A DNA stretch of 59,535 nucleotides, counting the filler, from Sandaracinaceae bacterium (lineage in GTDB: Bacteria > Myxococcota_A > Polyangia > Polyangiales > JADJQN01): assembly GCA_947483975.1 (NCBI GenBank). It is 4 parts of 4 records of this genome, joined end to end, with 100 filler letters (N's around TTAATTAATTAA, not from the genome) between each part and the next. Parts side by side here need not be neighbours in the genome. Positions count along the whole stretch, not along the records: positions 15,121 to 29,990 come from CANKOL010000103.1; positions 30,091 to 44,765 come from CANKOL010000105.1; 2 more parts are not named here. The stretch is one strand, 5' to 3'. Positions 21,437 to 31,029 of the stretch are shown one piece after another (within the stretch, counting starts at the first letter, position 1; the number at the start of each line of letters is the position of its first letter). The notes beneath the pieces were generated by a model. The model made no database searches and was not told where the DNA came from. It was given only the letters and a program-made list of their open reading frames with translations. Position numbers and translations under genes: made by a program.

Positions 21437-21518
21437 TCGCGGGCGAGCGCGCTCAGAACGTCGCGGGCGAGCGCGCTCAGAACGTCGCGCCGCGCGCGCT
21501 CAGAACGTCGCGCCGCGC
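21437..21518. repeat. Triplication of a 19-bp segment spanning the stop codon of the upstream gene
   Basis: GCGCGCTCAGAACGTCGCG at 21447, 21471 and 21494. Confidence 0.9.
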
Positions 21519-22924
21519 ACGATCGTGCGGTCCGCGCCGCCGAGCGGGGCGTCGCTCTGCCCGACGCGCGCCCACGTCACGCCATCCGTCGAGAAGCGCA
21601 GCGAGTACGTGAGCGTGCTCCAGGGCTCGCGCGTCATGCGCTCGCGCGGGAGCGCGAAACGGTAGCGGTAGTCGTTGCCGACGCGCTCGACGAACGTCAG
21701 CGGCTCGAGCTGCGGCGCGCCGCCGTCGAAGGCCCAGAGCGCCTCGGCGTAGAGCCACTCGGCGGGCGCGCCGGCGTCGGTCAGCCCGGGCACCCAGACG
21801 TCCGCGTCGACGAACATACAGGCGCGCTCGCGCGAGTAGGAGTCGACGACGGTGGGCTCGGCGAGCCCGCTCGTGTGCGCGCACGCGCGGCTGAACGAGC
21901 CGCCGACGCCGCCCGCCCAGCCGACGGCCGCGGGCGCCGCGGGGAGCACGTCGAAGCGGTAGTTCGCGCCGAGGTTGGAGTCCCAGGTCACGCAGCTCGA
22001 GCCCGCCCCGCTGCGGTTCTCGAACCAGAGCTCGACCGACGTCGCGCCGCGCGGGAGCGCGACCTCGAAAGGCACTGGGCGCGCGGCGCTCGTCGGGGTG
22101 CCGCCGACGGAGTCGAAGGCTCGGACGCTGCCGCTGGTCTCTTCGCCGGAGGGCGAGAAGCGCGCGTGCGCGATGAGGTCCCACGCGGGGTAGCCGTTGT
22201 GCGTGTGGCGGCACTCGGGGAGCCGCTCGAGGGCGTAGTCGATGACCGCGGTGCCGCCCGCGACGAGCGCGCCGCGCTGCGCCGTCGTCCAGCCAGCGCG
22301 CAGCGAGAGGTGCGCGACGGAGGCGACGGGGTCCTGCGCCGGGCAGACCGCGGGGGCCTCGCCGACCGACCAGCCGTTGGCGCTCGAGAGCGTGTAGTTC
22401 TCGAAGTCGCCGGCGCGCCGGTTGTGATCGAAGCGCCGCGCGCCGTCGGGCGTGCGCACGAAGGGCGAGACCTCGAGCGAGGTGCGCGAGAAGCTCGTCG
22501 TCGACACTCCCTCTGCGACGGTGTGGTCGAAGATGCGGAAGCTGTACCGCTGAAAGCCGGGCCCCGCGCCATCGGCGAGCGTCGCGGGGACCTCCCACCA
22601 CTGCGTCGAGCCGGAGAGCGCGTAGAGCACCGCGGGCACGCCGCCGGCGTCGAGCAGCGCGTCGGAGACGTCCATCGTGCCTGCCCAGACGAGCCAGCAG
22701 CTTCCGGCGACGCACTGCGTCTGGTAGCCGCCCGTCGTGTTCGGGGGGCGCCGGAGCGCGCGCAGGGCGACGCCGCACGCGTGATCAGCCGAGTCGAAGC
22801 CGTCCGCCGCGCCGAGCAGCGGACCGTCCGCCGCGCTCGCGGCTGCGGTCACGGCGAGGGACGGACCGACGTCCGCGCAGGCGGCCAGGAACATCGAGCA
22901 CACGAGCAGTCGGGCGACGCGCAT
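21500..22924 (-). CDS. Lipoprotein, DUF6209-like myxobacterial family
   Basis: Lipobox LAAC; CRHTHNGYPAW..VELWFEN..WDSNLGANYRF; family name from recall only. Confidence 0.65.
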   Translation of the reverse strand: MRVARLLVCSMFLAACADVGPSLAVTAAASAADGPLLGAADGFDSADHACGVALRALRRPPNTTGGYQTQCVAGSCWLVWAGTMDVSDALLDAGGVPAVLYALSGSTQWWEVPATLADGAGPGFQRYSFRIFDHTVAEGVSTTSFSRTSLEVSPFVRTPDGARRFDHNRRAGDFENYTLSSANGWSVGEAPAVCPAQDPVASVAHLSLRAGWTTAQRGALVAGGTAVIDYALERLPECRHTHNGYPAWDLIAHARFSPSGEETSGSVRAFDSVGGTPTSAARPVPFEVALPRGATSVELWFENRSGAGSSCVTWDSNLGANYRFDVLPAAPAAVGWAGGVGGSFSRACAHTSGLAEPTVVDSYSRERACMFVDADVWVPGLTDAGAPAEWLYAEALWAFDGGAPQLEPLTFVERVGNDYRYRFALPRERMTREPWSTLTYSLRFSTDGVTWARVGQSDAPLGGADRTIVRGATF

Positions 22925-23086
22925 CGGGCCTCCAGGGGAGTCTTCCCGCAGGAAGGTCCGGACCCTACCCCCGCCGACACCCGGCGTCGATGTGGGAACG
23001 TACGTATCGGTAGGTCGACGCGGCGCGTCGTCCTCCGCGCGGCTCCGCGTCGTTCCGCGCGGCACCAGCAGCACCGCAGGCCACGG

Positions 23087-25123
23087 CTATGCGCGGGGCC
23101 GCCGAGCGTACAGCGCGGCGAGCTCCGCGAGCTTGTACGGCTTCTGCAGCCAGGCATCAGGCTGCACTTCGCGCGGCTCTTCCCGGAGCCGCGCCACGTC
23201 GTAACCGCTCGCTACGACGACGTGCAGGCTCGGGCGCAGCAAGCGGAGCGCCGCGAGCACCTCCCAGCCGTCGAGGCCGGGCATGCTCAGGTCGAGCAGC
23301 ACGCTCGCGATCACTGCGCCCGGCGCCGCGAAGGCGGCGAGGGCAGCCTCGCCGCTCGCGACGGTGACCGCCTCGAGGCCGAGGCGCCGCAGCATCCGCG
23401 CGCTCGCGCGCAGCATCCCGGCGTCGTCGTCCACGACCAGCACCGTGCCCGCGGGCGCGGGGGTCGCTACTGCCGGCCAGTGCGCGTCGCGCGGCGCGGG
23501 CCGCCCAGGCGTCTCGGGCACCTCGTCTCGGCGCAGCTCGGGCAGATAGGCGCGCACCGTCGTCCCGCGGCCGAGCGCGCTCTCGACGACGATCGCCCCG
23601 CCGCTCGCGCGCATGATGCCTTGCGCGACGGGGAGCCCGAGGCCCCGACCCGCGGACTTCGTCGTGAAGAACGGCTCGAAGAGCCGCTCGCGCGTCGCCG
23701 CGTCCATGCCGGGGCCGTCGTCGCGCACCTCGAGGCACGCCCAGGCGCGCGTGCCGTGCGCGGCGCCGGGCTCGAGACCCGCCTCGGCGGGCCACGCGCT
23801 GACTCGCCGGGCGGTGACTCGTACGGTCCCGCCCGCGGGCGCGATGGCCTCCCACGCGTTCGTGACGAGGTTGATGACGACGACGCGCAGCGCCGCCGGG
23901 TCGACCGCGCAGACCGGCAGGCCTCCGTCGAGCTGAAGCGCGAGGTGCACGCCGGGCGGCAGCGCGGTGCGCAAGTACGGCAGCAGGGCCGTGACCTCGC
24001 GCTCGAGCCGCCCGGGTCGCAGCGGGTGCCGGTCCTCTCCGAGGTAGGTGAGCAGCCCGCCGCTGAGCGCCGCCGCTTGCTGTGCCGCCCCCTCGGCGTC
24101 GGTGAGCATCGCCTCGACCGCCGGGCTCACCTCGCCGCGCGCGAGCTCGAGGTTCCCCTGGATCGCGCCGAGCAGGTTGTTGAGCTTGTGGGCGATCCCC
24201 GCCGCCATCACGGCGAGGCTGTCGCGCCTCTGCGCCTGCGAGAGCTGACGCTCGAGCACGCGCTGCGTGCGCTCGGTCTCGCGGAGGGCTTCGTTCGCCG
24301 CGACGGTCGCCGTGATGTCGACGTAGGCGACGAGGACGGCGCCCTTCGGCTCTGCGATGGGCAGGGCGCGCATCGTGTACCAGCGCCTCACGCCGTCGGG
24401 GCTGTGGCACGCGCCCTCGGTGGAGAACCGCCGTAGCTCGCCGCGCTGGACCTTGCGGACGCCTCCCTCGGCTTCGAGGGCGCGCGTCGTGTCTCCCCAC
24501 GCGGGGTCGACTCGCACGAAGTAGTCAGCCCCCACCCCCCAGGTACGCTCGTCGCCGGCGCCGTTCTCTTCGGCGAAGCGCCGCCAACCCGCGTTGATTC
24601 GGAGGAGCTTGCCGTCCGGTCCGACGACGGCGACGTTGGCGTCCGTCGCGTCGAACATGTACTGAACGACGTCGGCCTCGTGCACGAGCGCCCCCGCCGC
24701 GCGCTTGCTCGCGGTGACGTCGGAGACGGTGAAGCAGACGCCGCGGACGGCGCCGTCAGTGCGCATCGGCTCGTACTCGACGTCGAAGTGCAACGTGTCC
24801 GCGCCCGCCGCGAACGACCTCTCGACGCGCGTCGCCTCGCCGTCGAGCGCGCGCTGAAAGTGCTTGTCGAACTCGGCGCGGTCAGCCAGCCGCAGGACCC
24901 GATCGATGGAGTCGCCGCGGCGGAGCGCGAGCCCGTGCACGGCGAGCGCCTTCTCAGCCGCCGTCCGGTTGAAGTACCGGACCGAGCGGTCGGGATCGAC
25001 CCACAGGAACACCTCCGGGCTGTGCTCGAAGACCTCGGCGAGTATGCGCTCAGCCTCCGCTTGGGGGGCCGAGGCCGTCGCGCTCTCCTCGGAGCGCCGT
25101 GCAGCCGGCTCCGTCGTCGTCAT
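23087..25123 (-). CDS. PAS-domain hybrid sensor histidine kinase with receiver domain
   Basis: Two PAS-like regions, GIAHKLNNLL, NLVTNA, DDGPGM, FEPFFTTK..GRGLGL, receiver VLVVDDD..LLDLSMP..QKPY. Confidence 0.92.
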   Translation of the reverse strand: MTTTEPAARRSEESATASAPQAEAERILAEVFEHSPEVFLWVDPDRSVRYFNRTAAEKALAVHGLALRRGDSIDRVLRLADRAEFDKHFQRALDGEATRVERSFAAGADTLHFDVEYEPMRTDGAVRGVCFTVSDVTASKRAAGALVHEADVVQYMFDATDANVAVVGPDGKLLRINAGWRRFAEENGAGDERTWGVGADYFVRVDPAWGDTTRALEAEGGVRKVQRGELRRFSTEGACHSPDGVRRWYTMRALPIAEPKGAVLVAYVDITATVAANEALRETERTQRVLERQLSQAQRRDSLAVMAAGIAHKLNNLLGAIQGNLELARGEVSPAVEAMLTDAEGAAQQAAALSGGLLTYLGEDRHPLRPGRLEREVTALLPYLRTALPPGVHLALQLDGGLPVCAVDPAALRVVVINLVTNAWEAIAPAGGTVRVTARRVSAWPAEAGLEPGAAHGTRAWACLEVRDDGPGMDAATRERLFEPFFTTKSAGRGLGLPVAQGIMRASGGAIVVESALGRGTTVRAYLPELRRDEVPETPGRPAPRDAHWPAVATPAPAGTVLVVDDDAGMLRASARMLRRLGLEAVTVASGEAALAAFAAPGAVIASVLLDLSMPGLDGWEVLAALRLLRPSLHVVVASGYDVARLREEPREVQPDAWLQKPYKLAELAALYARRPRA

Positions 25124-25243
25124 GGGTGAAGCTCCGCGAAATCAGGCGACTCGCGGCGTGTTCGGCACGACGCGCGATGGTCCCGCTCGTCCCGGCAGGT
25201 ACGCACCGGGAGCGCTCGCGCCGTAAAGAATTCGCCTCGGCGA

Positions 25244-25900
25244 CTACAGGTTCGCGGGGTCGACCATCGCCGGCTGCGCGTCGGGGATCCAGCCGAACAC
25301 CAGGCGATAGCCGCCGGGCGCGGGCAGCTGCGCGACGACCCGGCCGGTCGCCGGATCGTGGTGCGCGTCGAGGGTGCGCCAGTGCGAGCAGAGCGGGCCG
25401 CCGAGGCGGGCTGTGTGGGTCGCGTTGCAGATGCCGGCGATCTCCATCGCGAGCACGAACTTCATGTTCGGACGCGCCGTCAGCGTGCGCTGCCGCATCG
25501 AGACCTCGACCGGCGCGCGGGAGGCGTCGATCTGGCCGTCGAAGGCGAGCACGGCGCCCTGCCGCACGAAGCCGACGAGGACGTCGCTCGGGCGGAACGG
25601 GGTGCGGCTCGCGCTGAAGTTGAAGGTCTGAGAGGAGCTGATGCGGTTGCCGGCGGGCAGCACGAGCACGGCGCCGTTGCCTAGCTCGAAGCGGGCGCCG
25701 AGCGCGTTGCCCGCTTGGCCGCTCGCGCGGTCGCGTCCGGTGAAGACGGGCTGTGGCGGGGGCGGAGGCGGAGGCGGCTCGACGTCGTTCCCCGGGTTGT
25801 CTTGGGCGCTGACGCCGACGGCGGTGAGCGCGAGCGCGGTGCTGCAGAGGAGCAGGGCCGCGAGCCACGAGCGACAGAGAGAGGCGGTGTGGTGGCGCAT
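25244..25900 (-). CDS. Secreted hypothetical protein
   Basis: Signal peptide, poly-Pro linker, beta-rich domain. Confidence 0.7.
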   Translation of the reverse strand: MRHHTASLCRSWLAALLLCSTALALTAVGVSAQDNPGNDVEPPPPPPPPQPVFTGRDRASGQAGNALGARFELGNGAVLVLPAGNRISSSQTFNFSASRTPFRPSDVLVGFVRQGAVLAFDGQIDASRAPVEVSMRQRTLTARPNMKFVLAMEIAGICNATHTARLGGPLCSHWRTLDAHHDPATGRVVAQLPAPGGYRLVFGWIPDAQPAMVDPANL

Positions 25901-26064
25901 GGTTTGACTCGGAGAGACGCGCGACAGCGCGGCTCGATTCAGATGGTGGAGACGGTAGCGCGGATGGGCGGCCGAAGCGACGACGACGGATTGCGTCGGC
26001 GAGGCGCTCGTTTTGTCGAGGGAACGCCCCGGACGGCCGGGCGCAAGAATGGTAAGAAGGGGAG

Positions 26065-27318
26065 ATGACGTCGTCTCCTACCGTCGCACGCCGCTTTTCT
26101 TTACTGCTTCTGCTCGCCGCAACGCTCGCTATCGGGGCGTGCAGCAAGCGCACTCCGGGGCGCGTGGTCCCGTCGCTCCCGGACGCCTCGATGTTCACCG
26201 ACCTCGGCGGAAACGCGCCGGATCTCGGGCCCGTCGACGCCTATGTGCCGCCCCTCGATATGCCGTTCGATCCGGACATGGCGTGCACCTCGTCGAGCGC
26301 CGCGGCGGTGCTCGAGCGCTTGCCGGCGGACATCATCTGGGTCGTCGACAACTCCGCGAGTCTTTCGCAGGAGATCGAGAACGTGAAGGCGGGCATCAAC
26401 GCGTTCGCCGCGTACATCGACTCGTCGGGCGTGGACTACCGCGTGATCATGCTCTCGAAGCGCGGCACCACCGTGTCGGGCAGCATCTACCCCGTCTGCG
26501 TGCCGCCTCCGCTCTCGGGGGACGACGCGTGCGGCAACGGCGCGCGCTTCTTCCACTCGGACGTTCAGATCCTCAGCACGCAGCCGCTCGAGCAGGTCCT
26601 CGGCACGCTCGGTCAGAGCACGGGCTACACCGCGACGGACGCCCGCGGCGGCGAGCCCTGGCGTGACTGGCTGCGCCCGACGGCGAGCAAGATGTTCGTC
26701 GTCGTCACGGACGACAACGCGCGCCTGACGGCGAACAACTTCGAGCACTTCCGCGGGCCGGGCCCGGCGACCGAGTGGCACAACCCCGCGACGTCGGCGA
26801 CCTCGCTCTATCTGCCCGCGGGCATCCTCGAGCCCGAGTGGGGCGGCCTCTTCACGGGCTACAAGATGAGCGCGATCTACGGCTACGAGTGCGCGACCGC
26901 GGCGGACCCCGGCGCGACGTACACCGAGCTCGTCACCTCGACGGGCGGCGTGCGCGCCGACATCTGCGCGCCCCCGAGCACCTGGGGCACGTTCTTCGAG
27001 TCGATCGCCGCAGAGGTCGTGCGCGCGACGCGCGTCTCGTGCGAGCTCGATGTGCCGCCGGCGCCCGAGGGGCTCACGTTCTCGCCGAGCCAGATCAACG
27101 TGGAGCTCGTCAGCGGCGGGACTCCGACGCTCCTCTACAAGACCGTCGGCGGCGCCGCGGGCTGCGCGAGCACGCCGAACGGCTGGTACTACGACGACGA
27201 CGTCATGCCGACGAAGGTGATCCTCTGCCCGGGCGCGTGCGACCTCGCGCAGGGCACGCCCGGCGTGACCGACACGAGCGTGCAGATCCAGTTCGGCTGC
27301 CAGACGCTCTTTCTCTGA
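26065..27318 (+). CDS. VWA-domain lipoprotein
   Basis: Lipobox IGAC; MIDAS-like DIIWVVDNSAS; VVVTDD; Cys-rich C-terminus. Confidence 0.8.
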   Translation: MTSSPTVARRFSLLLLLAATLAIGACSKRTPGRVVPSLPDASMFTDLGGNAPDLGPVDAYVPPLDMPFDPDMACTSSSAAAVLERLPADIIWVVDNSASLSQEIENVKAGINAFAAYIDSSGVDYRVIMLSKRGTTVSGSIYPVCVPPPLSGDDACGNGARFFHSDVQILSTQPLEQVLGTLGQSTGYTATDARGGEPWRDWLRPTASKMFVVVTDDNARLTANNFEHFRGPGPATEWHNPATSATSLYLPAGILEPEWGGLFTGYKMSAIYGYECATAADPGATYTELVTSTGGVRADICAPPSTWGTFFESIAAEVVRATRVSCELDVPPAPEGLTFSPSQINVELVSGGTPTLLYKTVGGAAGCASTPNGWYYDDDVMPTKVILCPGACDLAQGTPGVTDTSVQIQFGCQTLFL

Positions 27319-27376
27319 GCGCGAGGGTTTGCGGCGACTCGTGTAGCCTCTGAGGCTCCTTCCTCGGAGGCACTCG

Positions 27377-29080
27377 ATGTCAGCAGCGGCGAACCGGCTT
27401 CGTCTTCCTCGTCTCCGTGTGCCGTGCCTCGTCGGCGCGGCGCTCCTCGCAATCGGCTCGTTCGGCTGCGGCTCCAACGTGCTGCCGGTGCACAGCCGCG
27501 ACGCCGGCGCGCGTGATGGCGCGACCGCGGTGGACGCGTTCGTCGACCCGGGCACGGACGCGGACGGCGACACGCTCAGCGACGCGCAGGAGGGCGGCGG
27601 CGCGGTGGACACCGACGGCGATGGCACCGCCGACGTCGCGGATCTCGACAGCGACGGGGACGGACTCCTCGACGCCGACGAGGCGGGCGACGCCGACCCG
27701 AGCACGCCTCCCGTCGACACGGACCTCGACGGGCGCCCGAATTTTCAGGACCTCGACAGCGACGGCGATGGGCTCCCCGACGCCGACGAGGTGACGGCGG
27801 GCACGGACCCGCTCAACCCCGACTCGGACGGCGACGGCGTCGGCGATCTGGTCGAGGTCGCGGCGGGCTCCAACCCGAACGACGCGACGGATAGCCCGCG
27901 GACGCGCGGCGACTTCTTCTTCCTCGTGCCGTACGGCGCGCCGCCGGAGCCGCTGCGCGACACGCTGGTGTTCGGCACGCGGATTCAGCGCGCCGACGTG
28001 CACTTCATGATCGACACGAGCATCTCGATGCAGGCGTACATCGACACGGTGCGCACCTCGCTGACGAGCGTCGTCGTGCCGGGCGTGACGGCGGCGATCC
28101 CCGACGTCGCGTTCGGCGTCGGGCAGTTCGATCAGTGCCCGCAGTCGACGCACACGCTCGGCGTCTGCCGCGGCATCGAGCAGGACCTGACGAGCACGGC
28201 GGACGCGGCGGCGGTGACGGCGGCGCTCGCCGGGCTGACGGCGGATTGCTCGGGCGTGCACGAGCCGTACGCGCAGTCGATGTGGGTCTGGGCGACGGGT
28301 GACACCTCGCGCTGGCCGAGCATGACGCCGCCCGCGTGCGCGGCGGGGGAGGTCGGCCTCGGCTGTGTGCGCGCCGGGGCGCTGCCGATCCTCGTGATGA
28401 TCGGCGACGAGCCGTACAGCGAGAGCCACAACGTCGCGGGCGGCTCCTGCTCGGGCGGGATGTGCACGACGTGCCAGACCTTCCCGAGCGAGGCGGAGAT
28501 CCTCTCGGCGTTCGCGGCGATCCGCGGGCGCGTGATCGTGCTCGGCGCGACGGGCACCTCGCGCGAGTGGGCGCCGATCGTCACCGGCACGGGCGCCGTC
28601 GGCGCGACGGGCGCGCCGCTGATCTTCCCCGCGGCTGGCTCGGCGACGGTGGACGCGCAGATCGTCAGCGCGATCACGGAGCTTGCGGCGAGCACGCCGC
28701 TCGACATCACCGCGCGGGCGCGGGACGTGGACGACGGCGCAGGCGACGGCGTCGACGCGACGGTGTTCATCGAGCGCATCGAGCCGAACACGGCGGGCGG
28801 CGTCGCTGATCCGCTCGATCCGTCGGTGATCTGCGTGGGCGGCTTGCCGACGACGGACACCGACGGCGACGGCTTCGCGGACACGTTCCCGGGCGTGACG
28901 CCGGGCGTGCCTGTGTGCTTCGACATCCTCGCGCGCCGCAACGACACCGTGATGCCGACGAGCGAGCCGCAGGTCTTCCGCGCGCAGATCGACGTCGTCG
29001 GCGACGGCATCACGGTGCTCGACACCCGCGATGTCTACTTTCTCGTTCCTTCCATCGATGGGTCGAGTATCCCGTTTTGA
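27377..29080 (+). CDS. Lipoprotein with Asp-rich Ca-binding (thrombospondin type-3-like) repeats and a VWA domain
   Basis: Lipobox SFGC; repeated Dx[15 protein letters not shown]. Confidence 0.8.
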   Translation: MSAAANRLRLPRLRVPCLVGAALLAIGSFGCGSNVLPVHSRDAGARDGATAVDAFVDPGTDADGDTLSDAQEGGGAVDTDGDGTADVADLDSDGDGLLDADEAGDADPSTPPVDTDLDGRPNFQDLDSDGDGLPDADEVTAGTDPLNPDSDGDGVGDLVEVAAGSNPNDATDSPRTRGDFFFLVPYGAPPEPLRDTLVFGTRIQRADVHFMIDTSISMQAYIDTVRTSLTSVVVPGVTAAIPDVAFGVGQFDQCPQSTHTLGVCRGIEQDLTSTADAAAVTAALAGLTADCSGVHEPYAQSMWVWATGDTSRWPSMTPPACAAGEVGLGCVRAGALPILVMIGDEPYSESHNVAGGSCSGGMCTTCQTFPSEAEILSAFAAIRGRVIVLGATGTSREWAPIVTGTGAVGATGAPLIFPAAGSATVDAQIVSAITELAASTPLDITARARDVDDGAGDGVDATVFIERIEPNTAGGVADPLDPSVICVGGLPTTDTDGDGFADTFPGVTPGVPVCFDILARRNDTVMPTSEPQVFRAQIDVVGDGITVLDTRDVYFLVPSIDGSSIPF

Positions 29081-29170
29081 CGGTGCGCCGCGGAGGACTC
29101 TCGCGGGGCCAGCCGCGTTCGACGTAGAGTGGCGCGCCCGGGGGCTGCCTCGGGCTCTGAGGAGACGAGC

Positions 29171-29617
29171 ATGGAAGCGCTCTGGCAGTTCGCCGCAATC
29201 AAGGTCTACGCCATCGTCGCGGTGGCGCTGGCGCTGCAGTCCATCGCGCTCGCGTTCGGCACCGCCGCCGTGCGGACGAAGCGCAAGCAGATCGTCAACC
29301 CCGAGGACGCCGCGGTCGTCAAAGGCGGCAAGGTCGACGCGCTCGATCACGCAGACGTGCTGCGCGTGAAGCGCGCACACCAGAACCTGCTCGAGAACGT
29401 CGTGCCGTTCTACGCGGTGGGCTTGCTCTACGCGCTGACGAACCCGAGCGCGCTCGGCGCGCAGGCGTACTTCTACACGTTCCTCGGGACGCGCCTGCTG
29501 CACAGCGTCTTCTATCTCTGGGGCCGCCAGCCGTTTCGGACGCTGGCGTTCGTCGTCGGCGTGCTCGCGCTGCTCGGGATGTGCGTGCACGTGCTCCGCT
29601 TCGCCGTCGCGCTCTAG
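29171..29617 (+). CDS. MAPEG family membrane protein
   Basis: NPED..RVKRAHQNLLEN..RLLHS..QPFRT; SD GAGGAG. Confidence 0.9.
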   Translation: MEALWQFAAIKVYAIVAVALALQSIALAFGTAAVRTKRKQIVNPEDAAVVKGGKVDALDHADVLRVKRAHQNLLENVVPFYAVGLLYALTNPSALGAQAYFYTFLGTRLLHSVFYLWGRQPFRTLAFVVGVLALLGMCVHVLRFAVAL

Positions 29618-29651
29618 GGACGGCGTCGCGGTGTCGGTGAGGGCGTGGCGC

Positions 29652-29990
29652 TCACTCGGCCGGAGCGGAGAGCGACAGCACGCGCGGGGCGAGGATGGTC
29701 ATGTCGTCGGGGGCGGCGGCGGGGTAGGCGACGACGCCGAGGCCGCGCAGGCTGCCTGAGCCGCTGAAGCGGAGCGGGAGGGGCAGGAGCGCGCTGACGC
29801 CGCTGTCGAGGCTGCCGAGGGTGACGCGCACGAAGCCGGGCTCGCGCGCCTCGACGTGCGTGACGTAGGGCGCGCCGCGGAGCGCGGAGAGCAGCGCGTC
29901 GTCGGCGCGGACGCCGGCGGGGAGCTGCAGGTCGAGGACCGACGCGCGGAGGGCGCGCTTGGCCTCGATGGTCAGCTCGAGCGCGGCGAC
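29652..29990 (-). CDS. C-terminal fragment of a 5'-truncated protein (missed by the ORF track)
   Basis: Open frame with GC3-biased codons: VAALELTIEAKRALRASVLDLQLPAGV...VVAYPAAAPDDMTILAPRVLSLSAPAE*. Confidence 0.65.
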   Translation of the reverse strand, partial: VAALELTIEAKRALRASVLDLQLPAGVRADDALLSALRGAPYVTHVEAREPGFVRVTLGSLDSGVSALLPLPLRFSGSGSLRGLGVVAYPAAAPDDMTILAPRVLSLSAPAE

Positions 29991-30090
29991 NNNNNNNNNN
30001 NNNNNNNNNNNNNNNNNNNNNNNNNNNNNNNNNNTTAATTAATTAANNNNNNNNNNNNNNNNNNNNNNNNNNNNNNNNNNNNNNNNNNNN
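29991..30090. other. Artificial contig linker
   Basis: N44-TTAATTAATTAA-N44. Confidence 0.97.
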
Positions 30091-30091
30091 C

Positions 30092-30220
30092 CTCGACGGC
30101 GGCGTCGACGCGGGTGGGCACGTGCTCCCCGCGCCGCACCACCCGCAGCCGCGCGGCGGAGCGCGGATGGTTCGCCCCCCCGGCGCGGCACCGCGGGTCA
30201 CCCCGGAGATGGACCTATGA
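30092..30220 (+). CDS. C-terminal fragment of a Pro-rich protein, coupled (ATGA) to the next gene
   Basis: LDGGVDAGGHVLPAPHHPQPRGGARMVRPPGAAPRVTPEMDL*. Confidence 0.5.
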   Translation, partial: LDGGVDAGGHVLPAPHHPQPRGGARMVRPPGAAPRVTPEMDL

Positions 30221-31005
30221 GCACGCCGCGCAGCAAGAAGAAGACGCCTCGGAAGCCGACGCTCGGCGGGGCGCGCGAGCAGGCGCGGCCGCTCGAGCCG
30301 CTCGCGCAGGCGCCGGAGTTCGCCGCGCGACGCGCGTATCCGTCGGCGCACGAGCTGTTCTCGCAGGGCTCGGCTTGGCGCGCGTACGTCACGGAAGCGC
30401 TGCGCTCGTTCGTCGGCCCGGCTGCGCTCGCCGGCGCCGTTGGCCTCGCGGGCTGTGCTGGCACCGGCGACGCCGCGAACAGCAACCTCGGGGGCGAGCC
30501 GCCCGCGGCGACGCTGACGCCGGTCGGGCAGCCGACGTCGCCGCCGCAACCGCCGCTGAACGGGGGCGGGCAGGTCGTCGTCACGCCCATCCCGAATGCC
30601 ACGCTGACGCCGCTGCCGCCGGGCATGCAGGTGCTCCCGCCGCCGCCCGCGAACCCGACGCCGCCAGGTCGGATTCGGCAGGTCGTGCCGCCGATCCAGC
30701 CGACGCCGCAGCCCCCGGCCATTCGCGGCGACATGCCCGCTGTGCAGCCCGACCCGCTCCCGCCGACAGTGAGCGGTGGGCTCAGCATCGTGGAGCCGTC
30801 CCCGCAGCCCATCCAGCCTCCGGTCCAGCCGCCCGCGCTCGGCGGGGAGCCCCCGCAGGTACTGCCGAATCCGCCGCCGCCACAGCCGCAGCCGAATCCG
30901 AACCCGCCCGCGGTCCCCGGCCAGGCGATGCAGCCCCAGCCGCCGCCCACCGTCCCGCAGAGGCCGCTGCCGAGGCCACCAGATCAGGCGATGCCCTCGA
31001 GCTGA
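30217..31005 (+). CDS. Pro/Gln-rich putative lipoprotein with repeated Gly-centred motifs
   Basis: Long basic N-region, LAGC lipobox, repeats such as LGGEPP, IRGDMPAVQP and VSGGLSIVEP. Confidence 0.65.
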   Translation: MSTPRSKKKTPRKPTLGGAREQARPLEPLAQAPEFAARRAYPSAHELFSQGSAWRAYVTEALRSFVGPAALAGAVGLAGCAGTGDAANSNLGGEPPAATLTPVGQPTSPPQPPLNGGGQVVVTPIPNATLTPLPPGMQVLPPPPANPTPPGRIRQVVPPIQPTPQPPAIRGDMPAVQPDPLPPTVSGGLSIVEPSPQPIQPPVQPPALGGEPPQVLPNPPPPQPQPNPNPPAVPGQAMQPQPPPTVPQRPLPRPPDQAMPSS

Positions 31006-31029
31006 GTCGAGGGCGGGCTGTCCGCGCTG

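Noticed and set aside
21875..24436. Very long antisense or alternate-frame ORFs (also 48513-50900, 33729-35963 and others)
   Set aside because: Shadow ORFs expected in very GC-rich DNA. They are Arg/Ala-rich, lack motifs and overlap well-supported genes.
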